Positions 26,922 through 32,000 of a DNA stretch of 32,000 bases are shown piece by piece. The notes below the pieces were generated by a model. The model saw only the letters and a list, made by a program, of their open reading frames with translations. It was not told the DNA's origin and did no database searches. Where the stretch lies: positions 570,001 to 602,000 of the forward strand of contig CALSTM010000003.1 in assembly GCA_943789275.1 (NCBI GenBank), written 5' to 3'. Every line of letters starts with the position of its first letter. Position 1 is the first letter of the stretch. The position numbers and the translations under genes are program-made. This stretch comes from Candidatus Poseidoniaceae archaeon (GTDB taxonomy: Archaea > Thermoplasmatota > Poseidoniia > Poseidoniales > Poseidoniaceae).

Positions 26922-27602
26922 ATGGGTGGATTAAAAGCGAGCGGTGATATGCGGTATTTTCAGATACGTATTCTGCATGAGCAAGCCCAGCATTTACCAG
27001 GGAATATCCTTACGAAGTTCTTCAGCAAAGTGGAAATGGTTACTGGAACTGGGGTTGTGGACTCCATCCCAACATGTATTCTCAGGGTAGAGCATGATGG
27101 CGTTGACATTAGGAAACTCAAAGATCAACTCAAGGGGAGTTTAATCATCGATAAAATCCTCCAAGAAGGGGATGATTATGCCTACTTGAAAGCGAAAACT
27201 CCTGGACCGATTCAACTCATTATTGGGGCTGAAGAGGAAGCATGGATTATGCCACCATCGTATCTCTCCAGAGAAAGTGGTTTCTTTATGACCATACACG
27301 GCACGCCGAAAGGGCTGAAGAGAATCAAAGACAAATTAGAGGCATTGATTCCTGAAAAAATGGATATGCGAATTTCAAAACTGATTATCGGCGATTGGAT
27401 GTCTGCTCCAAAACTGCCAAATAAGCGTTATTTAGCTATTAAAACTGCAGTTGATATGGGTTATTACAGCACTCCTCGAAGGTGCAATCAAAGCGATATT
27501 GCAGAAGTTTTGGGTGTTAAACAAGGAACCGTTGCAGAACATTTACACTTCGCTGAAAGCATAATCATCAATTCTTGGTCCGAGCAAACATCGAGTTCAT
27601 AG
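26922..27602 (+). CDS. HTH_10 (bacterio-opsin-activator-type) helix-turn-helix transcriptional regulator
   Basis: The C-terminal RYLAIKTAVDMGYYSTPRRCNQSDIAEVLGVKQGTVAEHLHFAESIII fits the HTH_10 pattern (GY[FY]..PR....[DE][IL]A..LG[IV]...[TV].EHL..AE) typical of Euryarchaeota. An AGGTGAT Shine-Dalgarno-like motif at 26910-26916 lies 5 nt before ATG 26922. Alternative starts are GTG 26913 (ORF track) and ATG 26949 (MRYFQIRIL...). Confidence 0.75.
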   Translation: MGGLKASGDMRYFQIRILHEQAQHLPGNILTKFFSKVEMVTGTGVVDSIPTCILRVEHDGVDIRKLKDQLKGSLIIDKILQEGDDYAYLKAKTPGPIQLIIGAEEEAWIMPPSYLSRESGFFMTIHGTPKGLKRIKDKLEALIPEKMDMRISKLIIGDWMSAPKLPNKRYLAIKTAVDMGYYSTPRRCNQSDIAEVLGVKQGTVAEHLHFAESIIINSWSEQTSSS

Positions 27603-28208
27603 CCCTCGGATTGAGATAATCGTTGCCAATATGAAAAGTAAACTTCCTAAAACAGTAAATGCTTTTTTGAGGAACTTCGGCTCGTCTGTTTTCGATTTTA
27701 TCTTCTCGCCAAGATTCGACCAAACCAACATGGCGAGAATCCCGCCGCTTGTTGTAATGCTGGTGATGGTCAAGATGCCAACTACACCTCCGCCGAAATC
27801 ATCCAAAAATTTCGTCATCAACATGAACACCATGGCCCATTCCTTGCCATTTACATATTGCATCAAGACGCCGGTTTTGAATCCTAATTTAGGGACCACT
27901 TCAGGAAAATTTTGTATTTTTTCCGAACGTCCAAGATACAAAATACCGAAGGCGATTAAAAACATGAATAACGAACCAATGATGTCCATTACGGTGCGGA
28001 CTGTTCCGTCTTCATCAAAAGAATCAACAGCCATACCGCAGATGAAATGTATGGAACTGAAGCCCAAAGCCATTCCAGCAATCAGCGGTAAATTACTTTT
28101 TTTTCCATGCACAACTGCATGAACTGTACAGGTAATGTTGTTCGGTCCAGGCGTAATCAATCCGGCGAGAAGTAATGCCAGTAAGTATGCTAACGAATCC
28201 CACGGCAT
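27597..28208 (-). CDS. LysE/RhtB-family small-molecule (amino-acid type) exporter
   Basis: This is a multi-pass hydrophobic protein. MPWDSLAYLLALLLAGLITPGPNNI... carries the family-typical N-terminal PGP motif and gives ~203 aa. The ORF track extends to 28427, but those extra 73 codons are hydrophilic and atypical for the family, so I prefer the ATG at 28206-28208 (complement). The stop overlaps the HTH gene end by 6 bp (convergent). Confidence 0.75.
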   Translation of the reverse strand: MPWDSLAYLLALLLAGLITPGPNNITCTVHAVVHGKKSNLPLIAGMALGFSSIHFICGMAVDSFDEDGTVRTVMDIIGSLFMFLIAFGILYLGRSEKIQNFPEVVPKLGFKTGVLMQYVNGKEWAMVFMLMTKFLDDFGGGVVGILTITSITTSGGILAMLVWSNLGEKIKSKTDEPKFLKKAFTVLGSLLFILATIISIRGL

Positions 28209-28451
28209 GCTGATGGCAATGAAATACACGGTATAGTTATTTTGTTGTGTTGCCGATTTAATGATTGGTCTGTTCGTTTTTCGGTTTCTTTGAGATTGAC
28301 TAAACCGTCGTAGATTCAGCTCTTCTTGAACGGGGTTGAAGAGCCACTTGTGCGAAATTATAGGGTCAACTATGATAGTCAGTTCGTCGTTGGTTGGCGC
28401 ATGAATGATGCCGATGGTATAGGTCACAGCCGTGTATTTGGACTAAAATCC

Positions 28452-28922
28452 ATGAAATCACTCCTTCTTGCCGTGTTAATGGTCTCCATGTCCCTTTCTG
28501 TGGGCCTTGTGGAACTGAACAAAGCCCCTTGGCTTGTTGAAGACGGTGAAAGCGAACTTGAAGAGTTAAACAATCCCATGCACACAACCGCACCTTCGAT
28601 TTCCTATTCCTCAAGCACACTCGCTCTTTCCAACAACACCGCTATGACGCCAGTGACAGCGACGAATTCAGGTGGTACGGTTGGAGTTCCGGTGGCAATA
28701 GAACTCAGTACCATCGATGAATGGCTGTCTTTAGCCCTTGATTCTGATGGATACAGGCATGTTTCCGCTGCCGACACCACCAGTAGTGATCTCATGTATG
28801 CGACCGACACCAGTGGGGCTTGGGTCAACATAACCGTTGATGCTCCAGGACAGGTCGGGGAATACAACTCAATCGCTGTTGATTCTGAAGACGTCGTGCA
28901 TATTGCCTACTTCAGCCTATAA
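28452..28922 (+). CDS. Surface protein C, fragment 1 of 2: signal peptide, first half of an Ig-like domain, first blades of a beta-propeller
   Basis: I chose ATG 28452 over ORF-track TTG 28326 for two reasons. MKSLLLAVLMVSMSLSVGLVE aligns with the gene B leader LKSVILSLLMISMSLSAGIVQ, and LVEDGESELEELN aligns with LVEDQPAELEQSN. The frame-0 stop at 28920 cuts a repeat unit (..VHIAYFSL*) that continues in frame 1. Confidence 0.8.
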   Translation: MKSLLLAVLMVSMSLSVGLVELNKAPWLVEDGESELEELNNPMHTTAPSISYSSSTLALSNNTAMTPVTATNSGGTVGVPVAIELSTIDEWLSLALDSDGYRHVSAADTTSSDLMYATDTSGAWVNITVDAPGQVGEYNSIAVDSEDVVHIAYFSL

Positions 28923-29787
28923 GGATGATACGAACGCACTTACTCAAGACCTCAAGTACGCTACGTGCGCATCATCATGCGCATCAGCATCTTCATGGTC
29001 AAACATCACCCTTGACGCCACTGGTTTTGTAGGCGAGAGAACCTCCATCGCAGTTGATTCAAATGATGGAGTGCATATTTCCTACACCGATAATACCAAC
29101 AATGCACTGAAGTATACCATGTGCTCCTCATCTTGTGGTACAGCATCTTCATGGTCGAATGTTTCTGTTGACGATATAGGAACCGGTGATACTAAACCAA
29201 CTGATATCGCGATTGATTCAAACGATGCAGTACACATTGCCTACCATTGGCAAGGAATCAGTAATCTCAACATACGATATGCCACGTGTACTACCTCGTG
29301 TGCATCGGCATCCTCATGGACAAACACATCAGGTATTAGCCTCAGCAACATACACGATGTGGCACTCGCAATTGATTCAAACGACGCACTGCACATTGCT
29401 GGCTATGATTATGACAATAAGGATATCATTTACCTCGCATGTACCTCTTCATGTACTTCTACCTCTTCATGGTCAAATATTAGCGCTGTTACCACTGGCG
29501 AAGTTGGTGCACGATTATCGATTGCAGTTGATTCTACGAATAACCCACACATATCCTATCAGGCTGGTGCGTGGGCCGTACATGTTGGTCTGCCCCTTGG
29601 ATACGCCACTTGCACTTCATCGTGTCTAACTGCCTCAAGCTTTTGGACTCACGGTACTGTTCATAGCGGCTCCGCCGTTTACACCTATGGTACATCAATT
29701 GCAGTCAATCATAACAACGATAGCGTACATATCGTCCATGGCAATTTGTTTTCCAAATTTTACTACCTCGGCTCAGACACTGCTCCA
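28719..29787 (+). repeat. Seven ~50-60-aa beta-propeller-like blades; blades 2-6 carry a C-x3-C pair
   Basis: Recurrent SIA[VI]DS.[DN]..HI[AS]Y....[LI].YA[TM]C..SC...SSW[ST]N. The blades start near EWLSLALDSDG, EYNSIAVDSED, ERTSIAVDSND, PTDIAIDSND, DVALAIDSND, ARLSIAVDSTN and YGTSIAVNHNN. Confidence 0.7.
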
Positions 29788-32000
29788 TATACCGTAAGTC
29801 CCGACCTTCCAAGTGGTTTGAGTTTGGATTGGAGCAGCGGAAAAATTTCTGGGACACCGAGAGAACTCTCCACCTCCACGATCTACACCATTACCGCAAG
29901 AAATGCACATGGTTCGGATACCGCAACACTGACCATTTCGGTCAACGCACCACCTTCGCTGTCCTACGATTTGGGTACAGGAAACAGCACTTCAGTCTAT
30001 TCCAACAAACAGGTTGCTGCAGGATACCAACACACCTGCGCCATTCTTGACAATGGTTCTGTGATGTGCTGGGGAGAGAATGGCCACGGACAGTTAGGCA
30101 ATGGTGGAACAGGCGACGAACACATACCCGTTTGGGTTGATCTTGGCACGGATAGGACCGCCGTTGCGATCACTGCTGGATACAGACACACCTGCGCCAT
30201 TCTTGACAACGGTTCAGTTTCCTGTTGGGGACAGGGAATTTTTGGGCAATTAGGTAATGGAGGAACATCACAACAAACCTCACCAACGCTCACCAGCAGC
30301 CTTGGAACCGGCCGTACGGCCGTAGCGATCACTGCTGGATACAGTCACACCTGCGTCATTCTTGACAACGGTTCAGTTTCCTGTTGGGGAATCGGAAATA
30401 AAGGACACTTGGGTAACGGAGGTACATCACAACAAAACTCACCAACGCTCACCAGCAGCCTTGGTACCGGCCGTACGGCCGTAGCGATTTCTGCTGGACA
30501 ATATCACTCCTGCGCCATTCTTGACAGCGGTTCAGTTTCCTGTTGGGGGTATGGAATTGAGGGACAATTGGGTAACGGAGGTACATCACAACAAAACTCA
30601 CCAACACTCACCAGCAGCCTTGGAACCGGTCGTACGGCCGTAGCGATTTCTGCTGGAGGCATCCACACCTGTGCCATACTTGACAACGGTTCAGTCTCAT
30701 GTTGGGGGGAGGGAAGTAAAGGACGATTGGGTAACGGAGGTACATCACAACAAAACTCACCAACGCTCACCAACAGCCTTGGAACCGGTCGTACGGCCGT
30801 AGCGATTTCTGGTGGAGCCAAACACACCTGCGCCATTCTTGACAGCGGTTCAGTCTCATGTTGGGGAGATGGAGCCATTGGCATACTGGGTGACGGGGGG
30901 ACATCAGATCAACACTCACCAACGCTCACCAGCAGCCTTGGAACTGGCCGAACGGCAGTTGCGCTTGAGAATGGACACGCCCACACCTGTGCCATTCTTG
31001 ACGACGCTTCCATGAAGTGTTGGGGAAATGACAACAACAAGCAGTTAGGCAATGGAGCCACAGGCAGCACCGGCGACCCACCCGTTTTGGTATCAGGCAG
31101 CCATACGTGGGACTCCACGATGATTTCAGGTTCATCAAGTACAGTTTACCTTGTACAGAATGCGCTTATGAGTTCACTTTCTCCAACGTTAGACGCTGGC
31201 TTCGGTGCACCCACTTCATGCAACCAAACAGGGCTACCTTCTGGCCTTTTACTTAGCACCACATGCGTGCTCTCAGGAACACCGACAACGTTGGGCAGTA
31301 CAACGCTGACAATTACCCCCTCGAATGCAGAAGGTAATGGTTCTGCAGCCATTTTTATCGTCAATGTGAATGCTTCAGGTGGTTCAATCACCATCAACAC
31401 AACCTCCACCGAAGGTGGCGTAGGCAGTGCCATCTCAGACATCACCATGTCGTATACACACACCGCCAGCATTCCAAATTGGGTCTCAGGTGTGACCAAC
31501 AGCACAATTAATCCAGCCCCCTCAATTCCAGCCGGCGGGGGTTCAAAACTTTCAATCGATTCTGGTCTAAACGGAGACATCGCAGCTGTGTATTCAGTGG
31601 AGCGAACCGGCGCGACCTCAGCCAATCTCTCCTTGCTCTACAAGTGGAACGGGGCATGGACAGAGAGTACCATTGACAGCAGTGTCGATACGGAGGTTCC
31701 ATCGGTTGCTATCGACCGACAGGGAGCACTTCACATCGGGTATGTCGATAAGGACAATGCCAAGTTGAAGTACGCCACCAATGCATCTGGGTCTTGGGTC
31801 GTTGAAACGTTGGGTGATGCAGCGACTCACCAATTTGCACAAACGGCAATTTCAGTGCATCCGGTCACAAATGCAATTCATATCATGGCCGTGAACGGAT
31901 CGACCATCCCAACCGCAGGATTGAATCATCACACAAACGAAACAGGTACCTGGCTCTACTCAACCATTTCTGACCCATCAGAGGAAGAGGGATTCGGGGT
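28918..32000 (+). CDS. Surface protein C, fragment 2 of 2 (3' end off-window): CxxxC beta-propeller blades, Ig-like domain, 7-blade RCC1 propeller, Ig-like domain, second propeller
   Basis: I translated frame 1 codon by codon from 28918 to 32000 and found no stop. It is absent from the ORF track, presumably because it has no in-window stop. It reads YKDDTNALTQDLKYATCASSC..., then seven blades with H[TS]CAILD[ND][GA]S..CWG....G.LG[ND]G, then LPSGLLLSTTCVLSGTPT. Confidence 0.85.
30013..31110 (+). repeat. Complete seven-blade RCC1 beta-propeller of protein C (159-bp period)
   Basis: Seven occurrences of H[TS]C[AV]ILD[ND][GA]S[VM].CWG....G.LG[ND]G, spaced 53 aa apart. Confidence 0.85.
31540..32000 (+). 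repeat. Start of a second propeller of the same blade family, without the Cys pair
   Basis: KLSIDSGLNGDIAAVY..., PSVAIDRQGALHIGYVDKDNAKLKYATNASGSWV and QTAISVHPVTNAIHIMAV repeat the h-h-D-s..g..HI.Y....LKYA....W pattern. Confidence 0.55.

Noticed and set aside
28319-28344. 7-bp-stem hairpin GCTCTTC-(12 nt)-GAAGAGC in the LysE / gene C divergent region
   Set aside because: The stem is short and the loop large, there is no adjacent T tract, and the probability of chance occurrence is high. The evidence does not support calling it a regulatory element.
28209-28427. 73-codon N-terminal extension of the LysE-family ORF, and the antisense ORF 27631..28122 (+)
   Set aside because: The extension is hydrophilic and absent from the typical ~200-aa family layout, and an internal ATG gives the canonical N-terminus. 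The plus-strand ORF is antisense to a membrane protein gene and has no features of its own.
29186-31842. ORF-track entries overlapping gene C (29186..29629 +, 29829..30050 +, 29997..30332 -, 30504..30884 -, 31146..31625 - and others)
   Set aside because: All overlap the uninterrupted frame-1 reading, which shows propeller, RCC1 and Ig-like repeats. Their translations are low-complexity or His/Arg/Pro-rich shadows.
1-32000. Mobile element, prophage or integron content
   Set aside because: I recognised no transposase, integrase or recombinase-like ORF, no terminal inverted repeats and no att-like duplications. The only long exact repeat (465 bp) lies within two paralogous coding regions.

Overview
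Nearly the whole window is a same-strand (+) cluster of three very large, modular, Ser/Thr-rich cell-surface protein genes. Gene A (start off-window, ends 6086) has an RCC1 beta-propeller, alternating He_PIG-type Ig-like domains and thrombospondin type-3 (TSP3) Ca-binding repeats, one TM helix and a long cytoplasmic tail. It needs two frame corrections (~2486 and ~5080-5093). Gene B (6142-26643) is one uninterrupted 6,833-codon ORF. It encodes a signal peptide, 64 tandem ~89-aa Ig-like domains, a TSP3 block, one TM helix and a ~640-aa cytoplasmic tail. The domain array shows 267/1068/1869-bp hierarchical repeats, and its central units are near-identical at DNA level. The tail holds a conserved juxtamembrane domain, a 14-residue-periodic Ala/Lys/Glu helix and two helix-hairpin-helix modules that I recognise as COG3743/NuoE-C-terminal-like. 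The last 465 bp of the A and B tails are 100% identical, although the rest of the two genes is clearly diverged. Gene C (28452 to beyond 32000, one frame correction ~28917) has a signal peptide, a seven-blade CxxxC propeller nested inside a split Ig-like domain, a seven-blade RCC1 propeller, and further Ig-like and propeller modules. Between B and C lie a convergent HTH_10 (Bat-type) regulator and a LysE-family exporter. I saw no rRNA, tRNA, CRISPR or mobile-element genes. The HTH_10 domain, a TATA-like box close to a start codon and oligo-T tracts suggest an archaeal (possibly marine euryarchaeal) origin, but that is inference only. The most interesting signal is the shared architecture of giant adhesin-like ectodomain, single TM, long rigid helix and cytoplasmic HhH modules. 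All domain names come from motif recognition by eye, not from database searches.
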